Below, one piece after another: positions 13,181 to 26,101 of a stretch of DNA of 64,000 nucleotides; position 1 is the stretch's first letter; each line of letters starts with the position of its first letter. Location: NCBI GenBank assembly GCA_038496445.1, contig JALMLS010000344.1, positions 310,001 through 374,000 on the forward strand, read 5' to 3'. The notes below the pieces were generated by a model. That model made no database searches, was not told the DNA's origin, and saw only the letters and a program-made list of their open reading frames with translations. A program made the translations under genes and the position numbers. The stretch is from Trichosphaerium sp. ATCC 40318 (lineage: Eukaryota; Protista; Tubulinea).

Positions 13181-14104
13181 TTAGTTTTTTACATCCTCTA
13201 AAAACTCAGAAGCTGATTTATGAGCCATTTTAATGAAAGGATGGTTTAGTAGATCTTTCGCAAGTGTCCCTCTAACAGAGCAACATCTTGCAAAATCGAG
13301 TACAACTTCATCGCTTGTCAGCGATACCATTGCGTTGCATACCGCTTCGTTGTTGTGCCATAAGTCGGAAACACTTTCTGGTGAGTTTTTATAGCCCTTC
13401 ACGCCATTGATTCCAAAGTCGCGTGCTGTGAGCAGTTCTACTGCGAGCTGTCCGAGTGCGAATGTATCGTCTCTAGTGGAGTATCCCTCTTGTCTAATTT
13501 TGGGATCTACAAAACCCTCTGTTCCGTGCGGTGCGTTCCATTGTGATAGCAAGTCAATATCGTGCCTTTCCATAGCCACTCCGAAGTCTGCGAGTTTAGG
13601 AGTACCACAAGGCATAATCATGACGTTTGCTGCTTTGATATCGTAATGAACAATGCCATTGTCTTGAAGGGCTGAAACGGCGTGAAGCACTCCCTTTGTA
13701 ATGAATGCTGCCGAAGCTTTTGTTAGAGGTTTTGCCATTGCCAGACTGAGTGCATCGCTTGCAGCCAGTGGTAGTATGATGGCTGGGCGCTTTGGCGATG
13801 TTTTTAGCACCTTCGCTGGTTGCATTATGTTTTCACTCTGCGTCTTGCTCTGGAGCTTAGCTTCACGTAGGAGGATCCTTTGGTGTAGTTTGACCTCAGT
13901 TTTGGGAAGGTTATCGCAAACTACTTTCATCGCCATGGTTTTTTGTGTGCGGCTGTTCGTACAAGTATAGACAATGCCACAGGCGCCTTGTCCAAGAATT
14001 TTGCTGTTGTCGATGGCGTACTTTGCTTTAGATCTCTTGCCGTTCTTCTTCTTTTTGAAGACGTCACAGAATGAGTTGAATCGCTGTTTGATTGAGTCGA
14101 GCAT
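13181..14104 (-). CDS. Intronless divergent non-RD Ser/Thr protein kinase
   Basis: Single ORF with LGQGACG, AMK, HYDIKAAN, LADFG, GTEGFVDP, DTFALG, LLNHPF. Confidence 0.9.
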   Translation of the reverse strand: MLDSIKQRFNSFCDVFKKKKNGKRSKAKYAIDNSKILGQGACGIVYTCTNSRTQKTMAMKVVCDNLPKTEVKLHQRILLREAKLQSKTQSENIMQPAKVLKTSPKRPAIILPLAASDALSLAMAKPLTKASAAFITKGVLHAVSALQDNGIVHYDIKAANVMIMPCGTPKLADFGVAMERHDIDLLSQWNAPHGTEGFVDPKIRQEGYSTRDDTFALGQLAVELLTARDFGINGVKGYKNSPESVSDLWHNNEAVCNAMVSLTSDEVVLDFARCCSVRGTLAKDLLNHPFIKMAHKSASEFLEDVKN

Positions 14105-15554
14105 TGGATGAGGTGTTCGGTTCGTTTGAGTAGATGATTTATGTGTTTTTGATACTCGTGTAGTTTTTTTAAGAAAGCATGCTAATGATAGCGCATCCAC
14201 TGGGTAGTTGTATATGCTGGATCAACGCCATTAGCAGTACTTTTTGTACAGGAAGCGCCGCAATATTTAAATTTGGCGCTTTTTCTCTATCTATCTTTTT
14301 CGCCTTTACACGCACCTCCATACGCACTTGTGCATGTACGAAAGTAACTTTCGCTACGTAAATACTACAACACTTCACTATACTTAAAACAGACCTTAAA
14401 ATACCGTTTAGCTTTGTGCTGTAGTACAAGGAGTGATATGTGAGTTTTTCTCAGAGTGACAGTACATCGTACAAACGTTCTATTAATTCCAATAACTTGC
14501 CCTACGCGCAGAGAGTACATAGCGTAGTTTTTAGTCGTATTTCATTGCGTAGTGAGAATACACATTAATAGCTTTTTCAAGGAGTTTTGTAGCGTTTAAC
14601 GGGATGCACCATTGTTTCTAGACTGAATGCTTACATCGTTGTACTAAGAATCGCATAGATTAGAATTTTCGGGCAACACTTGCCAAAAAACAGAAAAGTA
14701 GAAGGTGAAATAAAAATAAAATTGATAAAAAGAAATATCGTTCGAAAACAAAATTAATCGCTTACACCCACTTTTTAGATTCTAAAACCTTTCCAATGCT
14801 GTTCTCACACTCGCAAATAACTACCACAATTGGTTTTTAACGTTTTGAAATGTGCATTATCCATTTTTTGAGTTGTACCGTAGATATTTCGGTGAAGAGT
14901 AGTTGCGATGTAGATGTAACCCACCTCCTTTTTTTCTGAAGCGAGCCATTTGATGTATGAAACTTGTCGATTGATCACTTGAGTTTTCGAGCATCCAACG
15001 TTACGCGGGTAAATCCATTTGAAAATTTAAAAAACCTCCAATGAAGCTTTGAAGCATCACTGACGCTACAACACGCTCTTGTTTTAAAATATAGAACCGA
15101 ATCTGGAGGTTTAAGCTTGAAAAAGTCGGTTGGTTCCATGATCACGTTTTAACAGCCGAAATTGGATCAATCGGTTCACCAGTGGACCGACGCATCATAC
15201 CTGTTACGTTTGTTAATGTTGGCGTTGTGTTGCTCCTCAAAAGTTACGTTGTGGACAATAATCAGCAGTGTTGTTCGCTGAGTGGTTAGCTACCTGTTTA
15301 CGGAATAGTAGAATAGTAGGGCACGAAACTGGTGCTAACACTTCTGTTTCCATGGCTGATCGTGCTTGGGTAACGTATGTACCTTTGTCGAACCGTCATA
15401 TCGATTACAGCGATATGTTAGTTATTACAAAGAGTACCTTCCACTCGTTTTTTTTGGTTGACTTTTACTTACTTGGCTGTTTTGGGTGCTATTACTCCAT
15501 AAAAAGGCGAAAAAATCAGTTATATTACCTTTACACACGAAGTACACCATCAAG

Positions 15555-17229
15555 ATGTCCAAGTTATTTTCTTCTCTTGCCAGCTTTACAAAGACTATCT
15601 TCGGCAGCGACAAGAAGTCCATAACCACCTCTAAAACTACAGTACGCCTTACTAAACCACTACCATCCTAGTTTTAAAACGTTTCCTGGCTTTCTAGCCC
15701 GTTTCCTAATTCCGAAACGAATGGAGTAAAATACAGACTTTTTATTTTTAGGGAATTTCATTTTTATCTAGCCTTTAGTAACGTATTTTGCTTTTACTCA
15801 CTGTTTCTTTAGACTTGTGACAACTTTACGACATTTTCTCCATCGGAGAATTCGGTGACGCCGTTAACTACTTCATTACCTAAAGTATGTTCTTACTTCT
15901 GAATTTTTTTTTGTTTGTTTTTGGCTTTATTGTCGTTGTTCAGTCACTAACTCATTCTTTTAGAAATCCAAGGTACTAAAAAGGACTGCAAAGAAACCTA
16001 GAAGGTCTCTTAGGACCCATACTTTCCCTGCAGAACCAATGGTGAAAACAGCGGAGTACAAAAAACGCTGTTTTCTTGTTGGTGAAATTCTTGCAACAGA
16101 AAAGAATTATGTAAATAATCTACGAAAACTACAAACAGTACGTCCTGATCTGAGTTTTGTGACTTTTCTCATTATCAATTTCTTTTACTCACACTTGTGT
16201 TAGGTTTCAAGACCTGCCGCTCTCATGCTTACACCTGATGAGCATGCATCTGTTTTTTGTGGGTTTGAGTCTCTCATTGATCACCACACTGCTTTCTATC
16301 GCTCTCTCAGAAGGCGTGTTGCAAAGTGGGGCCCAGAGCGAATTGCTGGTGCTTTTCTGAAAGCAGATTTTCTCTCGGAGTACATTAAGTACAATGAGAG
16401 CCACAAAACTGCGACTCAGTCATTAATTTATCTCAAACATAAATATTCGAGATTCAGAATATTAATCGATAAATTTAATGCCACAGCACAACTCGAGGAG
16501 CAACCTGATATCCTCAGTTACATTATAACACCAGTACAGCGCTTATTCAAGGTATGCAACCCATCTTTTTATAACCTCGTTTTTCTTTCTTCCTATTATA
16601 GTAGAGTTTTATTAATCTCATCTTAGTACATGCTCCTTATCAAAGAATTACTTGGAAAAACTTGTGCTCTTTCAACAGAACACAAGAAGCTTTCTCAAGC
16701 CTCTGATATGCTCAACAACATCCTTCTGGAGAGCAATGAGGGCATGAAGAGCAAGGAAGAGAAACTTGATCAACAGAATACTCTGTTGCAAGTTGCCTCT
16801 TCCATGAAAGGCACATTTCTGTATAAGAACGGACGTAGGATTATCTACAGTTCTAGTTTGAGTGCCAGAAAGAACGCACTGCAGAGACGAAAACACACCC
16901 CACATGGATTTTTATTTAATGACATATTTGTCATTGCTGAGGAGTCTCATACATCGAATGATGGTAATGAGACAAGTCAGTATAATTTCATGTGTTCGGT
17001 GGTGTTGAAAGAAGCTCTGCGTGTTAGTAAAACCAAACCTAAACAGTTTAAAATACACCTTGGCAGTTGCTCAGTCAAAGTCAATGTGCAGAAGAAAGAA
17101 GATTGTAAAAAGTGGGTTACACTCTTACAAAGAGCAATCCTTGACATCCAGGGTAATGTGTCTGCGCCATTGAGGTCTGAGAAAACATTACAAAAACCTG
17201 TACCGCAATTTACTACGGAATTGCTGTAA
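15555..17229 (+). CDS. RhoGEF (DH-PH domain protein)
   Basis: EILATEKNYVNNL, YIITPVQRLFKYMLLIKELL, PH motifs HGFLFNDIFVI and KKWVTLL. Confidence 0.92.
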
Positions 17230-17375
17230 ATAAAAAAACATTAAAACAATTTTTTATTGTTACTTTGAACCAAACCGAATTTCTCATATTTTGTGCAAGT
17301 TTTTTTCAAAAAACGCTGGAACTCACGTTGCACGTTTGATGGGTAATGCCATTCGTGTTGTTTGGAACACAAGCG

Positions 17376-18705
17376 CTAGTTTTTATTAAAGTATATGTCA
17401 ACAGATTCTGGGCCATTAACAACAGCCAGCTCATGGCATTTTGGGTTAGGTGACTTGTGTGTAACCCAGGTAGGTGTCACTTGCTAAGGAAGCTTGAGAA
17501 TCCAGTATGAACCGTAAACAAAAGTAGTTTTTTAAGTAGATTGTTGGCTTTGGAATTGTCGAACGTACCTTTCCGGCAGAGAATAACTGAAGCTTTGTAA
17601 ACTTTGTTACTGTGGTAGGTTCATAACTACAATCTTCACATCCATAGCATTCCAAAGTGTTGTATGCCCTTGATTTTATTATTAAAGAGACAAAACCACA
17701 GGAATGACCGGTCGTACCATGGTTGTATCTTCAGTCTATCTCTTGCAATTGTAAACTCAGTGGTTTTACCAGCACTGTTAGTTGAACCAATATACCACTT
17801 ATCAGGTCCTATGACAAACAGTCAAATTGATTTGAAAAAAAACAAAAACAATTGGAAATTCTTGCATCACGTTTTCCCACAGATTTTGCGTACCGACTCG
17901 TGTCATGTTACCAAATATATTGCTACCTATAGCGGCAGGTATCATAGAAGTGGCATATACATCTCCAGAGAGCGTAACATACCTGTAACAATGTCAGTTG
18001 ATCTCTTTTTTAAACTGAAAAATAGGATAAACTTGCCAGCTCTTTACACCCCATTCACCGCTTTTGCTTCCAGGGTATTGAAGTACAGGCTGTATTATAT
18101 CAAATACAGCTGGTTCAGGGTCTACTTTAGGTATCCAATCAACGTTCTGGAGACCTGTAAAGATGTACAAGACTTCAGGTTCTTTGGCTGGAGCTTCTGG
18201 AACAGAAAAATCGCCCAAGAAAGAATCGATGCCTGTTCGCCGTTAGATATCACGTGGAGAATTAGTGTTTGACATTTCCAGTCAATTTGACGCTTAAAAA
18301 CGACGTCTGTGTACCGTCTGGGTAGTGAAATGTTGTATAAGCTAGCCAACCGTTATACTCTTCTACAGCTCGTTTTTGTACTTGTACAGCTGCTTTCCCG
18401 GTGTTACAAGGAGGTATCTGTACCGTGTTAGCGAAATTGGCGAAACGGTTTTTATTTGTACCTGCATGAACACCTGTGAGTACTCGTGTTTGATAGTAAC
18501 GACGCCAGTATCCTTATTTTCAGAAATAACAGAGCCAGAAGGTACTAAAGCAAAACTATCACGTTGACGCTTTGAAACAACTACACGTACTCTCATGATA
18601 ACATTCTTCTCTAACGTATCCAAACGGCGTTATGATATGTCCAGGTTTGGCAGCGTACGCAATCGCGAGACAAGCTAATGCCAGTAATATCACCAAGCGA
18701 TCCAT
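17376..18705 (-). CDS. Secreted protein, putative glutamic-peptidase (G1/eqolisin)-like fold
   Basis: Signal peptide MDRLVILLALACLAIAYA; pro-region TPFGYV..C; GDFSVPEAP, YIFTGLQN, IIQPVLQ, WAYNTLECY. Confidence 0.6.
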
Positions 18706-18888
18706 AACTGATTTTAGATTTGAAAAACTGAGGTTCCTTACATCCAAAGCCACTTAAAGAAAAATCGATTGTCCTGTTCTCATACTGCAAGATCTTGTGA
18801 GATACAGAAGGAAATTACGTTGTAACGTGAAGTTACACGAAGAGAAAGGAACTTTTTGTTGAAACAAGTGTTTTGTTTATTAAAGGGT

Positions 18889-20408
18889 TTAGTTGCACAC
18901 AGATGCAATGAGGTTGACACCGTTGGCGTTTGTGACACAATCTTGGTTGGCTTGGCTTGTGACAGCGCTTTTGGCAGCAGTAGTGGAACTGTATGTGGAA
19001 GCTCCAACAATGACGGCGGATACACCAGCAACGTGTGGGGAGGCCATGGAAGTACCAGAGAGTGTGGAGTAAGCGGAGTCGCTTGTACCGGTAGAAGAGT
19101 AGATGCTGGTACCAGGAGCAATGATGTTAGTGCAACTACCGTAGTTGGAGAAAGTAGATCTTCTTTGGTTGATGTCAGAAGCGACAGTTGTAAAGGCACC
19201 AGTGGCGCGAGCAGGGGAGTAACTGCAAGCATCACGGTTATCGTTACCGGCAGCAACAACCATCAAGAGACCAGCGCTGTTAGCGTTGTTGACAGCATTG
19301 TCGAGAGCGGAAGAGGCACCACCACCGAGGGACATGCTGCAAGTAAAAGTCAGTAAAAAAAAAACCAACAAAAATCCAAAAAGAATATGACATACTTGGC
19401 GGTACTCTTGCAACCTCTGGAAGAACCACAGTGGACACCGTTGGATTGAGCATCGCTAGCAGCGAAGTCAACACCACCGACAACACCAGAAGTGGAACCA
19501 GATCCAGTTCTACTCAAGACCTAAAACGATGGTAAGTTGCAAGTAGTGAAGGCTTATTATTAAAATAACTCGTACCTTAACATCGACGATTGTACCACTG
19601 CGGGCAATACCGACAGTGTTACCACCAACAGTACCAGCAACGTGAGTTCCGTGACCGTTACCATCAGAGCAAGCGCTCTCACCGCTGATGAAAGAACGAC
19701 CAGCAACAGCGCGACCGCCTGAGAATTCGTTGTGGCTGCATCTTACACCAGTATCAAGAATGTAGCTGTGGGAAAGAAGATAAGAAAATTATCTAAGTAT
19801 TGTGAAAGCTGTGCGTACTTTCTTGTTCCGGCACCAGGGCTGGATGGCAAAGAGTATTGGGATGGTACTGCTCCACAAGATGTGGCAGATACACGTTGGA
19901 GACCCCATGATCTTGGTGTAGCTTGGTTGCTGTTGCAAGAAGGCATAGCGTGCATAACACCATCTTCTTCAATAAGAGCGATTGTGTGGTCCATTTGGCG
20001 AAGTTCTTCGACAGTCCTAAGAGTGTAAAGTGAGTAATTTAGTTGTCTCAAAAAAAGGGCCAACTTACTCTTTGCTCAATCTTGCGGCAAAACCGTTGAT
20101 GATGTCCCATTCGGCGGTGATTTCGTTGACTGGATCAGCTGTGAGGATTTTGTTTTTGAGTGTGGCGCCTGTACGTAGATTAGCAATGTAAAAGGATCTG
20201 TTTTACGTACGAGCACGTGAGTGACGGCTGGCAGTGCCCTCATGGAGCATGATGATGTACGAACCACGTACGACCTCTCTGTGTGTTTCGAGAGGTACCA
20301 AGGCTATAGAATACAGGTTAGCCTTTCGTAAGAAAAGTTACGCGAGTGGAAGAGCATACCCAAAGTTGTGGCGGCCAAAAGGGCTAGACAAATGAGAAGA
20401 GTATTCAT
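18889..20408 (-). CDS. Secreted subtilisin S8A serine protease (aqualysin/proteinase K-like) with I9 propeptide
   Basis: Signal peptide; SWGLQRV; catalytic [33 protein letters not shown]. Confidence 0.95.
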
Positions 20409-21255
20409 TATACTTATTGAAGGAGGCTGCGATGTGTTGCGAACTGTTTGGAAGGCAGATTACAATGTTGGAAGAAAACATAAAAGAATATTCTGTACGT
20501 GCACATTTCGGGCGCTTTCACCGCCAAACATAACCATTTTGTTTGCGGGCAAGTTCTGGCTACTTTAATGTAATACGCGTTTACTAGGATTGGAGAAATT
20601 TCAATGACATGTTAAATGACTGTGATTGCGTTGACACGTATCCGCCACGTTAGTGCTACGCGTAGTAGGCGTAACCAAGCCAGAAAAAACACGTGCGGGA
20701 TATTATTTAGTCCATTTAACTACTTTGATACGTCACGTTAATCATTATCCGCTTCAACGTCAGAAACGAAAAGTAGGGTAAGGTAACAATCTTTGTTGTG
20801 GACTAAACAGCGTTTCAATAAAAAAAAAATTCGTTTGAAGTTCAAATTATTCGGAAACCATCTATATGCTAGCACAGAGCGACGTTTGAGTATTTTACAC
20901 AGTTATGATATCAGTTAAGCGAATGAGGAAATGGTGAGAGAATTTATCGCCTCAGTTTATATTATGCAGCTCATACAACGCGTATATAAGCATGATAAAA
21001 AAACACGAAAATTCGATACGAGTTTTCGTTACACTTTTTTTTTTTTGGACTAAAAAAAGACGCGAAACGTGGCACGCTGGGACAGAAATTTATGTGATTA
21101 CTTTTCGTTGCGAACTTCTTCTTTATACGTATGTACAGCGAACGCGTGGTCGAAGAAAAAAAAAAGGGAAGAAAAGTACAAGCGAGTTTTCGGCATCCAA
21201 AGAAAAACCACTGTGGTGTTACAAGCTGTTCTTTCTCACTTCACTTACGTCCTCA

Positions 21256-23424
21256 TCAGGCGTAATCATCATCATCGTCGTCTTCATGTGCCTTACGAAT
21301 CTTGCGCTTACCTGGTTGAACGGGAGTCTTTGCGCCAAGAGACGTACGTAGTTTTGAAATCATAGATCCATTAGCCCGTTCCAAAGGGTCTAAAACATCA
21401 TAAGTACCCAAGAAGTTTACAGATACAGCATTTCAAAAAAAAGAAAAACAGAACAAGTTTTCCAGCGGATTTTTTGAAACTAGCGGAGAGAATGCTATTT
21501 TTTTGCGTACCTATCTCAGGTAGCGACCAATAAGGTAAAGAGAACTTTGGATTATCCCTCATCTCTTGCGCGAGTTGCAGCAAATGTGGAATATTAACTG
21601 TGCCTACATGTTTGGCGTATCTCTAAAGTTAAAGAAAAACAAATTAGAGTCTCACACAGAATTTTTTGCACAGCGTACTTGAAGCAACTTGAGATTTGTT
21701 GCAAAATTGCCTGCGAATAGTCTATCCCTCTGGTCACTTTCGGATGTTGTGTTAGCACATCATTATTAACAAACTAGTGATACTTACACTATCATGGCAG
21801 CACAAAAGTATAGAAAGTACTCGAATCTCGTCTTATCAGCAAAGAAAGAGTCCCATAATCGCATAACATCAGGCAATTCAAATTCTTGAGATAGTAGCAA
21901 TGTAATCCATCTAAAAGCATAAAATTGAGGGTTTAGCTTTCTCTCTGCCTACAACGAGATTTTTAGCACAATCAAGTTTCCATTGATGAAAAAAAAAACA
22001 GAGCAAAGGATAGTAAGCATCGACGCTTTCAAGGAGAGGCAGTTAGGCAGCGTGGGGTATTTTTTAGTTCATTCCAAAAACATACCAGAGTTTCTGCTAG
22101 TTGCGGATCTTTCGCTTCTAGAATATCCACCAACTTTTGTATGTTAAAAACGATACCCATATGCGTTGTATCCAATGATTTACAAAAGTTATCACGAATT
22201 TCGCTCATCAAATTTGTAAAGCAAAAAAAAGCGTCAGCTTCTGCACTTTCTACATTTCTTTGTATTAATAACAACTAGAAACACGTGACATAAAAAAAAA
22301 AGAGACCCAAATTGTTGCGTCTGAAACAAATAGTATAATTGATTTCATACCAGCCCAGTCTATCCTAGGATCATTTGCGAAGGTGTAATATATTGGCGCA
22401 ACAAGTTCATTCATTCCCTTTGTCACGTAGTTAGATCGACAAGAACAAAAATGTTGAAGAAAATGGAGCTCTGCATAGACAAGTTTTGGTTTTTTTGACT
22501 CGATAAGAAGGAGCCTACGACGTACTTGTACATATTTTATGCCAGGATTGAGCTTAGCGTATATAAATAAAATATCTTTGAGTGCTTGATAGTGCTTCTT
22601 ACTTCCCTCTAAGCATCTAGTTAATACACGAGCATTTTATGTTTCAATAAAAAAAAACCAACAAAAAACTGTTCTGAAGCCGCTTCCCATAACACATAAA
22701 CACGCGCACGTATATACACCATGCGTAAACATGCGCCAGGGTGAGATAAAAAACGTTTTGCGTCCAACAATACGAGAGTACAAAAAATAACTAAATTGCA
22801 GCCAAACAAGGTTTAATTGCTTTTTACCTGTTTCTGGGTTGAAAAAATGCAAATGAGGGAAGGTACGCATGACATCCTTTTCAATTTCATGCAGGGTTTC
22901 ATTATCCTTAAAGTACTCGTTCCATTTACTGTTTCCTCTTTGGCATAACGGCTTTAGAAACGTTTAGTGAGGAATTTACTTGAAATTGTAGAATAACGGA
23001 CGTGATCATCTTCAGTGACATCAACAGTACTCTTTGAGGCCGCGTCAACGTTTTCCTATCCCAATGTGTTAGAATGACGGACTGCTTTCCATAGTGGTAC
23101 GTGAGGATCCACTACTAGTTCTTTCTTCCACTGGCGGTATATTTGACGGCGTTTTTCGAGCTCCTCAGCCCAATGCGCGTGTTTAAGAGGTAAATAATTT
23201 AAAAGCACTTTCCAGTACAACGATCGCAATCCCGCGCGCTCAGGTATACCTAAAAGTGTTAATATAACATGACTTGTAATTTTGCACCTTGGAACGCTAG
23301 ATGATGTATAACCTCGATGTTTATTGCCTCCTTGCTTATTTCATCTTCGTAAATCTTCACTCTTTGGCCTTATTTCAGCGGAGGTTACAAAAAAGCTCAA
23401 TAAGTACCTCTCCTCATACGACAT
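21256..23424 (-). CDS. TBC1D13: Rab GTPase-activating protein, TBC1D13-like
   Basis: GIPERAGLRSLYWKVLLNYLP, EIEKDVMRTFPHLHFF, YAKLNPGIKYVQGMNEL, AEADAFFCFTNLMSEIRDNF, YAFRWITLLLSQEF. Confidence 0.88.
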
Positions 23425-23823
23425 GTTTGTAAAACAAATTGTAGTTGGGTTACACCATACCAATGCAAAACTTGTCCAAAAAAATGTACTCGCTTATTCG
23501 CTTAGTACATCCACTTAACAAACTCACTTTTTTAATGAACCAACATGCTGAAAAACAGCAACTCGCGATCTATTGGGCATACTACGAACAGAACGCCTAA
23601 CCAGTACGAGGTTAGCCAACAGCGTAGTAATTACAAATAGCTAAGAAAGAGACAAGTTTTTGTCTTCCCTTTTGGGTTGGCCGTTGGTGGAATGAAATAA
23701 ACAGATGATATATCAACAAATTGGCTCCCCGCCGCTTGGAAACGTTAGTTTTTGTGAATAACAAAACAAGACGTTTTGTGTTCGACATTGTTTTTTTTTT
23801 TTACAAGGTTTTTTTTCGGAGAT

Positions 23824-24890
23824 TTAGCCAGTCTGGGAGTCAGTGAGTATCAATCTCGGCGGTTTCTCCACAAATGCCAAGTCAGCTATGGGTGTTTCAT
23901 CAACAATAACATTCCCGTCCACATCCTATTCAAGAAATGAGAAAACGAGAACACGTGATTTTCGGAATAAAAATAGAACAAAAAATTGAAAGCCGCAAAA
24001 CATAATTGTACCTTTAGGTAATGGCGAGAATAGTCTTTTTTTTTGAACAAGTCTATCTGTTGTATTTGAGATATCAAGTCACGTATTTTACAACCAGGGA
24101 ATAGCCTAAACGACTCTTCTCTCCCTTCACACTCAATCATAATGATATCTATCGTTCGGCTTATCGTCCTCTTACTCAGTAGTGAAGGGTTCACAACAGA
24201 CGCAATTGTTGGTAGCGTTTGAAGAGGTTGTGTGTAAGTCTCTACAACACCATTGTTGCGGTTAAAATAGCCTTGGTTTCTTTGTTGAAGGGACGTAGCA
24301 GGTTCAGATTTAATGCGCTTCCTCGGAGAATGAAGAAGATCCATCAGAGATTGCACAGCCTCAGGTGCATTTTCATTTCGAACACCACTCGTAGGAGTTG
24401 ACTGTGCTCTCTTTCTTTTTTTTGTTTCTGCTTGAGGTTGAGTTGCAATTCTTTCGGCGGACTTTATATTTTTCCGCTCTGCTGCTCTGTTGTCTTCGGT
24501 ACATGCGTTTGTCTGGGTATTTTCCCGTACGTCTTTAGGAAAGCCTACAACAGGTACACGCGATCTGGTACGTAATCTCAACGTACAATTGCCAAATTGT
24601 GTACCGTAATGTCCCTGATTTACACCAATTGTCTTATTCGGTCGTAGTTCGATGGGACTATTACCAAAACGCTCCTGTAGTGTTGCTGCGTTCTTCGCAG
24701 TGCTCCTGAACACAATTTCTGGGCAGCTTGTTTGAAAGTCAATGACGCGGGCACGTGGATACCGAGGCGCTTGGCAGAGCTGGCTTGGGTAGATATACAC
24801 TATGTCATCATTCTTCTTAAACAGATGCTCGAGCTTTTCTCGTTTTCTTAGGCATATAGACATTCTAGAGTCGTCCCGTGAAGCGCTGGT
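23824..24890 (-). CDS. Hypothetical protein with basic NLS-like motifs and a possible C-terminal ubiquitin/PB1-like domain; 5' end uncertain
   Basis: Open exon of more than 280 codons; TKKRKR, SPRKRIK; C-terminal IMIECEGREESFRL..KIRDLISQI..YLKDVDGNVI after one intron. Confidence 0.6.
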
Positions 24891-26101
24891 CTAGGTAACA
24901 GTTAATAAAAATAGAATGAACTATAAAGAACAAAGCAAAATTAGAAAGTTGGAAAACAAATTAAAATGTACTGAAAAACAGCCCCTTAAAGTAGCATTTC
25001 CTGACGAAAGTGTACTATCCGTAGACGCGGTACAACAGCCACAGGTTTTCTATGACGTTAACAGTACGTACAGAGGTGCATCCAGTAGAAATATTGCTCC
25101 AACTAGACTTTGATTCCATTGTGCTTTAGTATTTGTTTGCGGCTATTAAACCCGATCTTGTTTGTGATGTTAGTGATGTCAAATTTCAGTTTGTCGAAAA
25201 CTGCTTAAGAAGTGCGTAGGCGCTATGCCAGCGCTTGTTATACGCATAGGAAGCAAAATGTATCTCTACGAGGAGCTCGTTGTTTCAATAAAAAGCTCAA
25301 GTAGCAGCATAATACACACTACACGGCTCTTCAGAAGTCTCAGCACGCCTCTATTTAGCATACTGAAAACCCCTCCAAGGCGTTAAGATTGCTATGACTA
25401 AGAACGTGGTCCGTTAGACACGTTATTGGAGCAATAGGAGTAGTTTTATGTAATATTGCCCTTGTAGTAAAAAATAATGTACCTTGACACTTGCGCTGTT
25501 CAATTAGATTTTAATCCAATATTCGAAATCGCTTGCAACGCTGCGTGGAGTGTTTAGATTTAGAACCAGTGAAAAAGTTATTACGGTTAAGGGCGGAATA
25601 ATGTTTCAAACAAATCATTCAAAAAACAGTAACAACTTTCTCATATTTCATCATGGTAAAGGTACACGATGTTAGACGACATTATCTATTTCAGGTCACG
25701 GGTGAAACACAAGTTTTTGCGAACAAGTTTTAAACTCAATTGGTTTTGAAAAAAACGTTCACTATTCCCACGTTGTTCGAAGGGGTATTAATTTTTACGA
25801 TATTGGGCGCTTGGATAGGTGTGGGGTTTTTATGGGTTGTTTGAAAAAACGCTCGGCATTTCTCTTTCGCCGTTTTTATTTCATCTCCGCTCTCGTCTGG
25901 AGTTTTTTTTTAACATAGTTTAAAACTGAACGTAGCGGCTTCTTTTTGCGTGGTCAGACAATACACCTTTTATCTTCCGAGAGGACAGCAGTATACGTTC
26001 TGAGATTTAATTAGCAGCTACTCAGTGACATTCTTAGTAACCCCGACGGTCGAATTTTTGAGAAGGGTAAGAAAAGGTGACTAAACTGTGTATTCATTTC
26101 T

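Noticed and set aside
17664-18272. 202-aa plus-strand ORF
   Set aside because: Antisense shadow of the spliced secreted-protein gene; no coherent motifs
18780-19356. Overlapping alternative-frame and antisense ORFs in the subtilisin gene
   Set aside because: By-product of strong codon bias in the real frame
25100-25700. Possible extra exons or a small gene between STAT and the orphan gene
   Set aside because: Frames conflict; no reliable model
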